Shown: positions 37,010 through 52,000 of the stretch, in pieces
Layout: each line of letters opens with the position of its first letter
Numbering within the stretch: position 1 is the stretch's first letter
Source of the DNA: Eledone cirrhosa
Lineage: Eukaryota
Length of the DNA: 64,000 nucleotides
Direction of reading: 5' to 3'
Assembly (NCBI GenBank): GCA_964016885.1
Contig: OZ024740.1
Location: forward strand, 405,728,001 to 405,792,000
Notes under the pieces: model-generated
Seen by the model: the letters and a program-made list of their open reading frames with translations, nothing else
Database searches by the model: none
What the model was told of the DNA's origin: nothing
Translations under genes and position numbers: made by a program

Positions 37010-40000
37010 CCAACACAGGCCAACACAGGCGGTACACAGGCCAACACAGGCGGTACACAGGCGGTACACAGGCCAACACAGGCGGTACACAGGCCAACAC
37101 AGGCGGTACACAGGCCAACACAGGCCAACACAGGCGGTACACAGGCGGTACACAGGCCAACACAGGCGGTACACAGGCCAATACAGGCGGTACACAGGCG
37201 GTACACAGGCCAACACAGGCGGTACACAGGCGGTACACAGGCCAACACAGGCGGTACACAGGCCAACACAGGTGGTACACAGGCCAACACAGGCGGTACA
37301 CAGGCCAATACAGGCGGTACACAGGCCAACACAGGCGGTACACAGGCCAACACAGGCGGTACACAGGCCAACACAGGTGGTACACAGGCGGTACACAGGC
37401 GGTACACAGGCGGTACACAGGCCAACACAGGCGGTACACAGGCCAACACAGGCCAACACAGGCGGTACACAGGCGGTACACAGGCCAACACAGGCCAACA
37501 CAGGCGGTACACAGGCCAACACAGGCGGTACACAGGCCAACACAGGCGGTACACAGGCCAATACAGGCGGTACACAGGCGGTACACAGGCGGTACACAGG
37601 CCAACACAGGCGGTACACAGGCGGTACACAGGCCAACACAGGCGGTACACAGGCCAACACAGGCGGTACACAGGCCAACACAGGCGGTACACAGGCCAAC
37701 ACAGGCGGTACACAGGCCAATACAGGCGGTACACAGGCCAACACAGGCGGTACACAGGCGGTACACAGGCCAACACAGGCGGTACACAGGCGGTACACAG
37801 GCCAACACAGGCGGTACACAGGCCAACACAGGCGGTACACAGGCCAACACAGGCGGTACACAGGCCAACACAGGCGGTACACAGGCGGTACACAGGCCAA
37901 CACAGGCGGTACACAGGCCAACACAGGCGGTACACAGGCCAACACAGGCCAATACAGGCGGTACACAGGCCAATACAGGCGGTACACAGGCCAACACAGG
38001 CGGTACACAGGCCAACACAGGCGGTACACAGGCCAACACAGGCGGTACACAGGCCTACACAGGCGGTACACAGGCGGTACACAGGCCAACACAGGCGGTA
38101 CACAGGCCAACACAGGCGGTACACAGGCCAACACAGGCGGTACACAGGCCAACACAGGCGGTACACAGGCCAACACAGGCGGTACACAGGCCAACACAGG
38201 CGGTACACAGGCGGTACACAGGCCAACACAGGCGGTACACAGGCCAACACAGGCGGTACACAGGCCAACACAGGCGGTACACAGGCCAACACAGGCCAAC
38301 ACAGGCGGTACACAGGCCAACACAGGCGGTACACAGGCCAACACAGGCGGTACACAGGCCAACACAGGCGGTACACAGGCCAACACAGGCGGTACACAGG
38401 CCAACACAGGCGGTACACAGGCCAACACAGGCGGTACACAGGCCAACACAGGCGGTACACAGGCCAACACAGGCGGTACACAGGCCAACACAGGCGGTAC
38501 ACAGGCCAACACAGGCGGTACACAGGCCAACACAGGCGGTACACAGGCCAACACAGGCGGTACACAGGCCAACACAGGCGGTACATAGGCCAACACAGGC
38601 GGTACACAGGCCAACACAGGCGGTACACAGGCCAACACAGGCGGTACACAGGCCAATACAAGCGGTACACAGGCCAACACAGGCGGTACACAGGCCAACA
38701 CAGGCGGTACACAGGCCAAAATAGGCGGTACACAGGCCAACACAGGCGGTACACAGGCGGTACACAGGCCAACACAGGCGGTACACAGGCGGTACACAGG
38801 CGGTACACAGGCGGTACACAGGCCAACACAGGCGGTACACAGGCCAACACAGGCGGTACACAGGCCAACACAGGCGGTACACAGGCGGTACACAGGCGTA
38901 ACACAGGCGGTACACAGGCCAACACAGGCGGTACACAGGCGGCACACAGGCCAACACAGGCGGTACACAGGCCAACACAGGCGGTACACAGGCGGTACAC
39001 AGGCGGTACACAGGCCAACACAGGCGGTACACAGGCCAACACAGGCGGTACACAGGCCAATACAGGCGGTACACAGGCCAATACAGGCGGTACACAGGCC
39101 AACACAGGCGGTACACAGGCAAATACAGGCGGTACACAAGCCAACACAGGCGGTACACAGGCCAATACAGGCGGTACACAGGCGTACACAGGCGGTACAC
39201 AGGCCAACACAGGCGGTACACAGGCGGTACACAGGCCAACACAGGCGGTACACAGACCAACACAGGCGGTACACAGGCCAACACAGGCGGTACACAGGCC
39301 AATACAGGCGGTACACAGGCCAACACAGGCGGTACACAGGCCAACACAGGCGGTACACAGGCCAATACAGGCGGTACACAGGCCAACACAGGCGGTACAC
39401 AGGCCAACACAGGCGGTACACAGGCCAACACAGGCGGTACACAGGCGGTACACAGGCGGTACACAGGCCAACACAGGCGGTACACAGGCCAACACAGGCG
39501 GTACACAGGCCAATACAGGCGGTACACAGGCCAACACAGGCGGTACACAGGCCAACACAGGCGGTACACAGGCCAATACAGGCGGTACACAGGCCAACAC
39601 AGGCGGTACACAGGCCAACACAGGCGGTACACAGGCCAACACAGGCGGTACACAGGCCAACACAGGCGGTACACAGGCCAACACAGGTGGTACACAGGCC
39701 AACACAGGCGGTACACAGGCCAATACAGGCCAATACAGGCGGTACACAGGCCAATACAGGCGGTACACAGGCCAACACAGGCGGTACACAGGCCAACACA
39801 GGCGGTACACAGGCCAATACTGGCGGTACACAGGCCAACACAGGCGGTACACAGGCCAACACAGGCGGTACACAGGCCAATACAGGCGGTACACAGGCCA
39901 ATACAGGCGGTACACAGGCCAACACAGGCGGTACACAGGCCAATACAGGCGGTACACAGGCCTATACAGGCGGTACACAGGCCAATACAGGCGGTACACA

Positions 40001-43000
40001 GGCCAATACAGGCGGTACACAGGCCAACACAGGCGGTACACAGGCCAACACAGGCGGTACACAGGCCAACACAGGCGGTACACAGGCCAACACAGGCGGT
40101 ACACAGGCCAATACAGGCGGTACACAGGCCAATACAGGCGGTACACAGGCCAATACAGGCGGTACACAGGCCAATACAGGCGGTACACGGGCCAATACAG
40201 GCGGTACACAGGCCAACACAGGCGGTACACAGGCGGTACACAGGCCAACACAGGCGGTACACAGGCCAATACAGGCGGTACACAGGCCAATACAGGCGGT
40301 ACACAGGCCAATACAGGCGGTACACAGGCCAATACAGGCGGTACACAGGCCAACACAGGCGGTACACAGGCCAACACAGGCGGTACACAGGCGGTACACA
40401 GGCCAACACAGGCGGTACACAGGCGGTACACAGGCGGTACACAGGCCAACACAGGCGGTACACAGGCCAACACAGGCGGTACACAGGCCAACACAGGCGG
40501 TACACAGGCGGCACACAGGCCAACACAGGCGGTACACAGGCCAACACAGGCGGTACACAGGCCAACACAGGCGGTACACGGGCGGTACACAGGCCAACAC
40601 AGGCGGTACACAGGCCAACACAGGCGGTACACAGGCCAATACAGGCGGTACACAGGCCAATACAGGCGGTACACAGGCCAATACAGGCGGTACACAAGCC
40701 AACACAGGCGGTACACAGGCCAATACAGGCGGTACACAGGCGGTACACAGGCCAACACAGGCGGTACACAGGCCAACACAGGCGGTACACAGGCGGTACA
40801 CAGGCGGTACACAGACCAACACAGGCGGTACACAGGCCAACACAGGCGGTACACAGGCCAATACAGGCGGTACACAGGCCAACACAGGCGGTACACAGGC
40901 CAACACAGGCGGTACACAGGCCAATACAGGCGGTACACAGGCGGTACACAGGCCAACACAGGCGGTACACAGGCGGTACACAGGCGGTACACAGGCCAAC
41001 ACAGGCGGTACACAGGCCAACACAGGCGGTACACAGGCCAACACAGGCGGTACACAGGCCAACACAGGCGGTACACAGGCCAACACAGGCGGTACACAGG
41101 CCAACACAGGCGGTACACAGGCCAACACAGGCAGTACACAGGCCAACACAGGCGGTACACAGGCCAATACAGGCGGTACACAGGCCAATACAGGCGGTAC
41201 ACAGGCGGTACACAGGCCAACACAGGCCAACACAGGCGGTACACAGGCGGTACACAGGCCAATACAGGCGGTACACAGGCGGTACACAGGCCAACACAGG
41301 CGGTACACAGGCCAACACAGGCGGTACACAGGCCAACACAGGCGGTACACAGGCCAACACAGGTGGTACACAGGCCAACACAGGCGGTACACAGGCCAAT
41401 ACAGGCGGTACACAGGCCAATACAGGCGGTACACAGGCGGTACACAGGCCAATACTGGCGGTACACAGGCCAACACAGGCGGTACACAGGCCAACACAGG
41501 CGGTACACAGGCCAATACAGGCGGTACACAGGCCAATACAGGCGGTACACAGGCCAACACAGGCGGTACACAGGCCAATACAGGCGGTAGACAGGCCAAT
41601 ACAGGCGGTACACAGGCCAACACAGGCGGTACACAGGCCAATACAGGCGGTACACAGGCCAATACAGGCGGTACACAGGCCAATACAGGCGGTACACAGG
41701 CCAATACAGGCGGTACACAGGCCAATACAGGCGGTACACAGGCCAATACAGGCGGTACACAGGCGGTACACAGGCCAACACAGGCGGTACACATGCCAAC
41801 ACAGGCCAACACAGGCCAATACAGGCGGTACACAGGCCAATACAGGCGGTACACAGGCCAATACAGGCGGTACACAGGCCAATACAGGCGGTACACGGGC
41901 CAATACAGGCGGTACACAGGCCAACACAGGCGGTACACAGGCCAACACAGGCGGTACACAGGCCAACACAGGCGGTACACAGGCCAATACAGGCGGTACA
42001 CAGGCCAATACAGGCGGTACACAGGCCAATACAGGCGGTACACAGGCCAATACAGGCGGTACACAGGCCAAAACAGGCGGTACACAGGCCAACACAGGCG
42101 GTACACAGGCCAACACAGGCGGTACACAGGCCAACACAGGCGGTACACAGGCCAATACAGGCGGTACACAAGCCAATACAGGCGGTACACAGGCCAACAC
42201 AGGCGGTACACAGGCCAACACAGGCCAACACAGGCGGTACACAGGCCAACACAGGCGGTACACAGGCCAATACAGGCGGTACACAGGCCAATACAGGCGG
42301 TACACAGGCCAATACAGGCCAATACAGGCGGTACACGGGCCAATACAGGCGGTACACAGGCCAACACAGGCGGTACACAGGCCAACACAGGCGGTACACA
42401 GGCGGTACACAGGCCAATACAGGCGGTACACAGGCCAACACAGGCGGTACACAGGCCAACACAGGTGGTACACAGGCCAACACAGGCGGTACACAGGCCA
42501 ATACAGGCGGTACACAGGCCAATACAGGCGGTACACAGGCCAATACAGGCGGTACACAGGCCAACACAGGCGGTACACAGGCCAATACAGGCGGTACACA
42601 GGCCAATACAGGCGGTACACAGGCCAATACAGGCGGTACACAGGCCAAAACAGGCGGTACACAGGCCAACACAGGCGGTACACAGGCCAACACAGGCGGT
42701 ACACAGGCCAACACAGGCGGTACACAGGCCAATACAGGCGGTACACAGGCCAATACAGGCGGTACACAGGCCAACACAGGCGGTACACAGGCCAACACAG
42801 GCGGTACACAGGCCAACACAGGCGGTACACAGGCCAACACAGGCGGTACACAGGCCAATACAGGCGGTACACAGGCCAATACAGGCGGTACACAGGCCAA
42901 TACAGGCGGTACACGGGCCAATACAGGCGGTACACGGGCCAATACAGGCGGTACACAGGCCAACACAGGCGGTACACAGGCCAACACAGGCGGTACACAG

Positions 43001-46000
43001 GCCAATACAGGCGGTACACAGGCCAATACAGGCGGTACACAGGCCAACACAGGTGGTACACAGGCCAACACAGGCGGTACACAGGCCAATACAGGCGGTA
43101 CACAGGCCAATACAGGCGGTACACAGGCGGTACACAGGCCAATACAGGCGGTACACAGGCCAACACAGGCCAATACAGGCGGTACACAGGCCAATACAGG
43201 CGGTACACAGACCAACACAGGCGGTACACAGGCCAATACAGGCGGTACACAGGCCAATACAGGCGGTACACAGGCCAATACAGGCGGTACACAGGCCAAT
43301 ACAGGCGGTACACAGGCCAATACAGGCGGTACACAGGCCAATACAGGCCAACACAGGCCAATACAGGCCAATACAGGCGGTACACAGGCCAACACAGGCG
43401 GTACACAGGCCAATACAGGCGGTACACAGGCCAATACAGGCGGTACACAGGCCAACACAGGCGGTACACAGGCGGTACACAGGCCAATACAGGCGGTACA
43501 CAGGCCAACACAGGCGGTACACAGGCCAACACAGGCGGTACACAGGCCAATACAGGCGGTACACAGGCCAACACAGGCGGTACACAGGCGGTGCACAGGC
43601 CAATACAGGCGGTACACAGGCCAACACAGGCGGTACACAGGCCAACACAGGCGGTACACAGGCCAACACAGGCGGTACACAGGCCAACACAGGCGGTACA
43701 CAGGCCAATACAGGCGGTACACAGGCCAACACAGGCGGTACACAGGCCAATACAGGCGGTGCACAGGCCAATACAGGCGGTACACAGGCCAATACAGGCG
43801 GTACACAGGCCAACACAGGCGGTACACAGGCCAATACAGGCGGTACACAGGCCAACACAGGCCAATACAGGCGGTACACAGGCCAATACAGGCGGTACAC
43901 AGGCCAACACAGGCGGTACACAGGCCAACACAGGCCAATACAGGCGGTACACAGGCCAATACAGGCGGTACACAGGCCAATACAGGTGGTACACAGGCCA
44001 ATACAGGCGGTACACAGGCCAATACAGGCGGTACACAGGCCAACACAGGCGGTACACAGGCCAACACAGGCCAATACAGGCGGTACACAGGCCAATACAG
44101 GCGGTACACAGGCCAACACAGGCGGTACACAGGCCAACACAGGCGGTACACAGGCGGTACACAGGCCAACACAGGCGGTACACAGGCCAACACAGGCGGT
44201 ACACAGGCGGTACACAGGCCAACACAGGCGGTACACAGGCCAACACAGGCGGTACACAGGCCAATACAGGCCAACACAGGCGGTACACAGGCGGTACACA
44301 GGCCAACACAGGCGGTACACAGGCCAACACAGGCGGTACACAGGCCAATACAGGCGGTACACAGGCCAACACAGGCGGTACACAGGCCAACACAGGCGGT
44401 ACACAGGCCAACACAGGCGGTACACAGGCGGTACACAGGCCAACACAGGCGGTACACAGGCGGTACACAGGCGGTACACAGGCCAACGCAGGCGGTACAC
44501 AGGCCAACACAGGCGGTACACAGGCGGTACACAGGCCAACACAGGCGGTACACAGGCCAAGACAGGCGGTACACAGGCCAACACAGGCCAATACAGGCGG
44601 TACACAGGCCAACACAGGCGGTACACAGGCCAACACAGGCGGTACACAGGCCAATACAGGCGGTACACAGGCCAACACAGGCGGTACACAGGCGGTACAC
44701 AGGCCAATATAGGCGGTACACAGGCGGTACACAGGGCGGTACACAGGCCAACACAGGCGGTACACAGGCCAACACAGGCGGTACACAGGCGGTACACAGG
44801 CCAACACAGGCGGTACACAGGCCAACACAGGCGGTACACAGGCCAACACAGGCGGTACACAGGCCAACACAGGCGGTACACAGGCGGTACACAGGCGGTA
44901 CACAGGCGGTACACAGGCGGTACACAGGCCAACACAGGCGGTACACAGGCCAACACAGGCGGTACACAGGCCAACACAGGCGGTACACAGGCCAACACAG
45001 GCGGTACACAGGCCAATACAGGCGGTACACAGGCCAATACAGGCGGTACACAGGCCAACACAGGCGGTACACAGGCCAACACAGGCGGTACACAGGCCAA
45101 TACAGGCGGTACACAGGCCAATACAGGCGGTACACAGGCGGTACACAGGCCAACACAGGCGGTACACAGGCGGTACACAGGCCAACACAGGCGGTACACA
45201 GGCCAACACAGGCGGTACACAGGCCAATACAGGCGGTACACAGGCCTACACAGGCGGTACACAGGCCAACACAGGCGGTACACAGGCCAACACAGGCGGT
45301 ACACAGGCGGTACACAGGCCAACACAGGCGGTACACAGGCCAACACAGGCGGTACACAGGCGGTACACAGGCGGTACACAGGCCAATACAGGCGGTACAC
45401 AGGCCAACACAGGTGGTACACAGGCCAACACAGGCGGTACACAGGCCAATACAGGCGGTACACAGGCCAATACAGGCGGTACACAGGCCAATACAGGCGG
45501 TACACAGGCCAATACAGGCGGTACACAGGCCAACACAGGCGGTACACAGGCCAATAAATGCGGTACACAGGCCAATACAGGCGGTACACAGGCCAATACA
45601 GGCGGTACACAGGCCAACACAGGCGGTACACAGGCGGTACACAGGCCAACACAGGCGGTACACAGGCGGTACACAGGCCAACACAGGCGGTACACAGACC
45701 AACACAGGCGGTACACAGGCCAACACAGGCGGTACACAGGCCAATACAGGCGGTACACAGGCCAACACAGGCGGTACACAGGCCAACACAGGCGGTACAC
45801 AGGCCAATACAGGCCAATACAGGCGGTACACAGGCGGTACACAGGCCAACACAGGCGGTACACAGGCCAACACAGGCGGTACACAGGCCAACACAGGCGG
45901 TACACAGGCCAACACAGGCGGTACACAGGCCAACACAGGCGGTACACAGGCCAACACAGGCGGTACACAGGCCAACACAGGCGGTACACAGGCGGTACAC

Positions 46001-49000
46001 AGGCCAACACAGGCAGTACACAGGCCAACACAGGCGGTACACAGGCCAATACAGGCGGTACACAGGCCAACACAGGCGGTACACAGGCCAACACAGGCGG
46101 TACACAGGCCAACACAGGCGGTACACAGGCCAACACAGGCGGTACACAGGCCAATACAGGCGGTACACAGGCCAACACAGGCGGTACACAGGCCAACACA
46201 GGCGGTACACAGGCCAACACAGGCGGTACACAGGCCAACACAGGTGGTACACAGGCCAACACAGGCGGTACACAGGCCAATACAGGCGGTACACAGGCCA
46301 ATACAGGCGGTACACAGGCGGTACACAGGCCAATACAGGCGGTACACAGGCCAACACAGGCGGTACACAGGCCAACACAGGCGGTACACAGGCCAATACA
46401 GGCGGTACACAGGCCAATACAGGCGGTACACAGGCCAACACAGGCGGTACACAGGCCAATACAGGCGGTACACAGGCCAACACAGGCGGTACACAGGCCA
46501 ACACAGGCGGTACACAGGCCAATACAGGCGGTACACAGGCCAATACAGGCGGTACACAGGCCAATACAGGCGGTACACAGGCCAATACAGGCGGTACACA
46601 GGCCAATACAGGCGGTACACAGGCGGTACACAGGCCAACACAGGCGGTACACATGCCAACACATGCCAACACAGGCGGTACACAGGCCAATACAGGCGGT
46701 ACACAGGCCAATACAGGCGGTACACAGGCCAATACAGGCGGTACACAGGCCAATACAGGCCAATACAGGCGGTACACGGGCCAATACAGGCGGTACACAG
46801 GCTAACACAGGCGGTACACAGGCGGTACACAGGCCAACACAGGCGGTACACAGGCCAACACAGGCGGTACACAGGCCAATACAGGCGGTACACAGGCCAA
46901 TACAGGCGGTACACAGGCCAATACAGGCGGTACACAGGCCAATACAGGCGGTAACAGGCCAAAACAGGCGGTACACAGGCCAACACAGGCGGTACACAGG
47001 CCAACACAGGCGGTACACAGGCCAACACAGGCGGTACACAGGCCAATACAGGCGGTACACAGGCCAATACAGGCGGTACACAGGCCAACACAGGCGGTAC
47101 ACAGGCCAACACAGGCGGTACACAGGCCAACACAGGCGGTACACAGGCCAATACAGGCGGTACACAGGCCAATACAGGCGGTACACAGGCCAATACAGGC
47201 CAATACAGGCGGTACACGGGCCAATACAGGCGGTACACAGGCCAACACAGGCGGTACACAGGCCAACACAGGCGGTACACAGGCCAACACAGGCGGTACA
47301 CAGGCGGTACACAGGCCAATACAGGCGGTACACAGGCCAATACAGGCGGTACACAGGCCAACACAGGTGGTACACAGGCCAACACAGGCGGTACACAGGC
47401 CAATACAGGCGGTACACAGGCCAATACAGGCGGTACACAGGCGGTACACAGGCCAATACAGGCGGTACACAGGCCAACACAGGCGGTACACAGGCCAATA
47501 CAGGCGGTACACAGGCCAATACAGGCGGTACACAGGCCAAAACAGGCGGTACACAGGCCAACACAGGCGGTACACAGGCCAACACAGGCCAACACAGGCG
47601 GTACACAGGCCAACACAGGCGGTACACAGGCCAATACAGGCGGTACACAGGCCAACACAGGCGGTACACAGGCCAACACAGGCCGTACACAGGCCAACAC
47701 AGGCAGTACACAGGCCAACACAGGCGGTACACAGGCCAATACAGGCGGTACACAGGCCAATACAGGCGGTACACAGGCCAATACAGGCGGTACACGGGCC
47801 AATACAGGCGGTACACAGGCGGTACACAGGCCAACACAGGCGGTACACAGGCCAACACAGGCGGTACACAGGCCAATACAGGCGGTACACAGGCCAATAC
47901 AGGCGGTACACAGGCCAACACAGGTGGTACACAGGCCAACACAGGCGGTACACAGGCCAATACAGGCGGTACACAGGCCAATACAGGCGGTACACAGGCC
48001 AATACAGGCGGTACACAGGCCAACACAGGCGGTACACAGGCGGTACACAGGCCAATACAGGCGGTACACAGGCCAATACAGGCGGTACACAGGCCAACAC
48101 AGGCGGTACACAGGCCAATACAGGCGGTACACAGGCCAATACAGGCGGTACACAGGCCAATACAGGCGGTACACAGGCCAATACAGGCGGTACACAGGCC
48201 AATACAGGCGGTACACAGGCCAATACAGGCCAACACAGGCCAATACAGGCGGTACACAGGCGGTACACAGGCCAATACAGGCGGTACACAGGCCAATACA
48301 GGCGGTACACAGGCCAATACAGGCGGTACACAGGCCAACACAGGCGGTACACAGGCCAATACAGGCGGTACACAGGCCAACACAGGCGGTACACAGGCCA
48401 ACACAGGCGGTACACAGGCCAACACAGGCCAATACAGGCGGTACACAGGCCAATACAGGCGGTGCACAGGCCAATACAGGCGGTACACAGGCCAATACAG
48501 GCGGTACACAGGCCAACACAGGCGGTACACAGGCCAACACAGGCGGTACACAGGCCAACACAGGCGGTACACAGGCCAATACAGGCGGTGCACAGGCCAA
48601 CACAGGCGGTACACAGGCCAATACAGGCGGTGCACAGGCCAATACAGGCGGTACACAGGCCAATACAGGCGGTACACAGGCCAACACAGGCGGTACACAG
48701 GCCAACACAGGCGGTACACAGGCCAATACAGGCGGTACACAGGCCAACACAGGCCAATACAGGCGGTACACAGGCCAATACAGGCGGTACACAGGCCAAC
48801 ACAGGCGGTACACAGGCCAACACAGGCCAATACAGGCGGTACACAGGCCAATACAGGCGGTACACAGGCCAATACAGGCGGTACACAGGCCAATACAGGC
48901 GGTACACAGGCCAATACAGGCGGTACACAGGCCAACACAGGCGGTACACAGGCCAACACAGGCCAATACAGGCGGTACACAGGCCAATACAGGCGGTACA

Positions 49001-52000
49001 CATGCCAACACAGGCGGTACACAGGCCAATACAGGCGGTACACAGGCCAACACAGGCGGTACACAGGCCAACACAGGCGGTACACAGGCCAACACAGGCG
49101 GTACACAGGCCAATACAGGCGGTACACAGGCCAACACAGGCGGTACACAGGCGGTACACAGGCGGTACACAGGCCAACACAGGCGGTACACAGGCGGTAC
49201 ACAGGCCAACACAGGCGGTACACAGGCCAACACAGGCGGTACACAGGCCAACACAGGCGGTACACAGGCCAACACAGGCGGTACACAGGCCAATACAGGC
49301 CAACACAGGCGGTACACAGGCCAACACAGGCGGTACACAGGCCAACACAGGCGGTACACAGGCCAACACAGGTGGTACACAGGCCAATACAGGCGGTACA
49401 CAGGCCAACACAGGCGGTACACAGGCCAACACAGGCGGTACACAGGCCAACACAGGCGGTACACAGGCGGTACACAGGCCAACACAGGCGGTACACAGGC
49501 CAACACAGGCGGTACACAGGCGGTACACAGGCCAACACAGGCGGTACACAGGCCAACACAGGCGGTACACAGGCCAACACAGGCGGTACACAGGCCAACA
49601 CAGGCGGTACACAGGCCAACACAGGCGGTACACAGGCCAACACAGGCCAATACAGGCGGTACACAGGCCAACACAGGCGGTACACAGGCGGTACACAGGC
49701 CAACACAGGCGGTACACAGGCCAACACAGGCCAATACAGGCGGTACACAGGCCAACACAGGCCAACACAGGCGGTACACAGGCCAATATAGGCGGTACAC
49801 AGGCGGTACACAGGCCAACACAGGCGGTACACAGGCCAACACAGGCGGTACACAGGCCAACACAGGCGGTACACAGGCGGTACACAGGCCAACACAGGCG
49901 GTACACAGGCGGTACACAGGCCAACACAGGCGGTACACAGGCGGTACACAGGCCAACACAGGCGGTACACAGGCCAACACAGGCGGTACACAGGCGGTAC
50001 ACAGGCCAACACAGGCGGTACACAGGCCAATACAGGCGGTACACAGGCCAATACAGGCGGTACACAGGCCAACACAGGCGGTACACAGGCCAACACAGGC
50101 GGTACACAGGCCAATACAGGCGGTACACAGGCCAATACAGGCGGTACACAGGCGGTACACAGGCCAACACAGGCGGTACACAGGCGGTACACAGGCGGTA
50201 CACAGGCCAACACAGGCCAATACAGGCGGTACACAGGCCAACACAGGCGGTACACAGGCGGTACACAGGCCAACACAGGCGGTACACAGGCCAACACAGG
50301 CGGTACACAGGCCAACACAGGCGGTACACAGGCCAACACAGGCGGTACACAGGCCAACACAGGCGGTACACAGGCCAACACAGGCGGTACACAGGCCAAT
50401 GCAGGCGGTACACAGGCCAACACAGGTGGTACACAGGCCAACACAGGCGGTACACAGGCCAATACAGGCGGTACACAGGCCAATACAGGCGGTACACAGG
50501 CCAATACAGGCGGTACACAGGCCAACACAGGCGGTACACAGGCCAACACAGGCGGTACACAGGCCAATACAGGCGGTACACAGGCCAATACAGGCGGTAC
50601 ACAGGCCAATACAGGCGGTACACAGGCCAATACAGGCGGTACACAGGCCAACACAGGCGGTACACAGGCCAACACAGGCGGTACACAGGCCAATACAGGC
50701 GGTACACAGGCCAATACAGGCGGTACACAGGCCAACACAGGCGGTACACAGGCCAACACAGGCGGTACACAGGCGGTACACAGGCCAACACAGGCGGTAC
50801 ACAGGCCAATACAGGCGGTACACAGGCCAATACAGGCGGTACACAGGCCAATACAGGCGGTACACAGGCGGTACACAGGCCAACACAGGCGGTACACAGG
50901 CCAATACAGGCGGTACACAGGCCAATACAGGCGGTACACAGGCGGTACACAGGCCAACACAGGGGGTACACAGGCCAATACAGGCGGTACACAGGCCAAT
51001 ACAGGCGGTACACAGGCCAACACAGGCGGTACACAGGCGGTACACAGGCCAACACAGGCGGTACACAGGCGGTACACAGGCCAACACAGGCGGTACACAG
51101 GCCAATACAGGCGGTACACAGGCCAATACAGGCGGTACACAGGCCAATACAGGCGGTACACAGGCCAACACAGGCGGTACACAGGCCAATACAGGCGGTA
51201 CACAGGCCAATACAGGCGGTACACAGGCCAACACAGGCGGTACACAGGCGGTACACAGGCGGTACACAGGCCAACACAGGCGGTACACAGGCGGTACACA
51301 GGCCAACACAGGCGGTACACAGGCCAATACAGGCGGTACACAGGCCAATACAGGCGGTACACAGGCCAATACAGGCGGTACACAGGCCAACACAGGCGGT
51401 ACACAGGCCAATACAGGCGGTACACAGGCCAATACAGGCGGTACACAGGCCAACACAGGCGGTACACAGGCCAATGCAGGCGGTACACAGGCCAATACAG
51501 GCGGTACACAGGCCAATACAGGCGGTACACAGGCCAACACAGGCGGTACACAGGCCAACACAGGCGGTACACAGGCCAACACAGGCGGTACACAGGCCTA
51601 CACAGGCGGTACACAGGCCAATACAGGCGGTACACAGGCCAACACAGGTGGTACACAGGCGGTACACAGGCCAATACAGGCGGTACACAGGCCAATACAG
51701 GCGGTACACAGGCCAACACAGGCGGTACACAGGCCAATACAGGCGGTACACAGGCCAATACAGGCGGTACACAGGCCAACGCAGGCGGTACACAGGCCAA
51801 TACAGGCGGTACACAGGCCAATACAGGCGGTACACAGGCGGTACACAGGCCAACACAGGCGGTACACAGGCCAATACAGGCGGTACACAGGCCAATACAG
51901 GCGGTACACAGGCCAATACAGGCGGTACACAGGCCAACACATGCGGTACACAGGCCAACACAGGCGGTACACAGGCCAATACAGGCGGTACACAGGCCAA

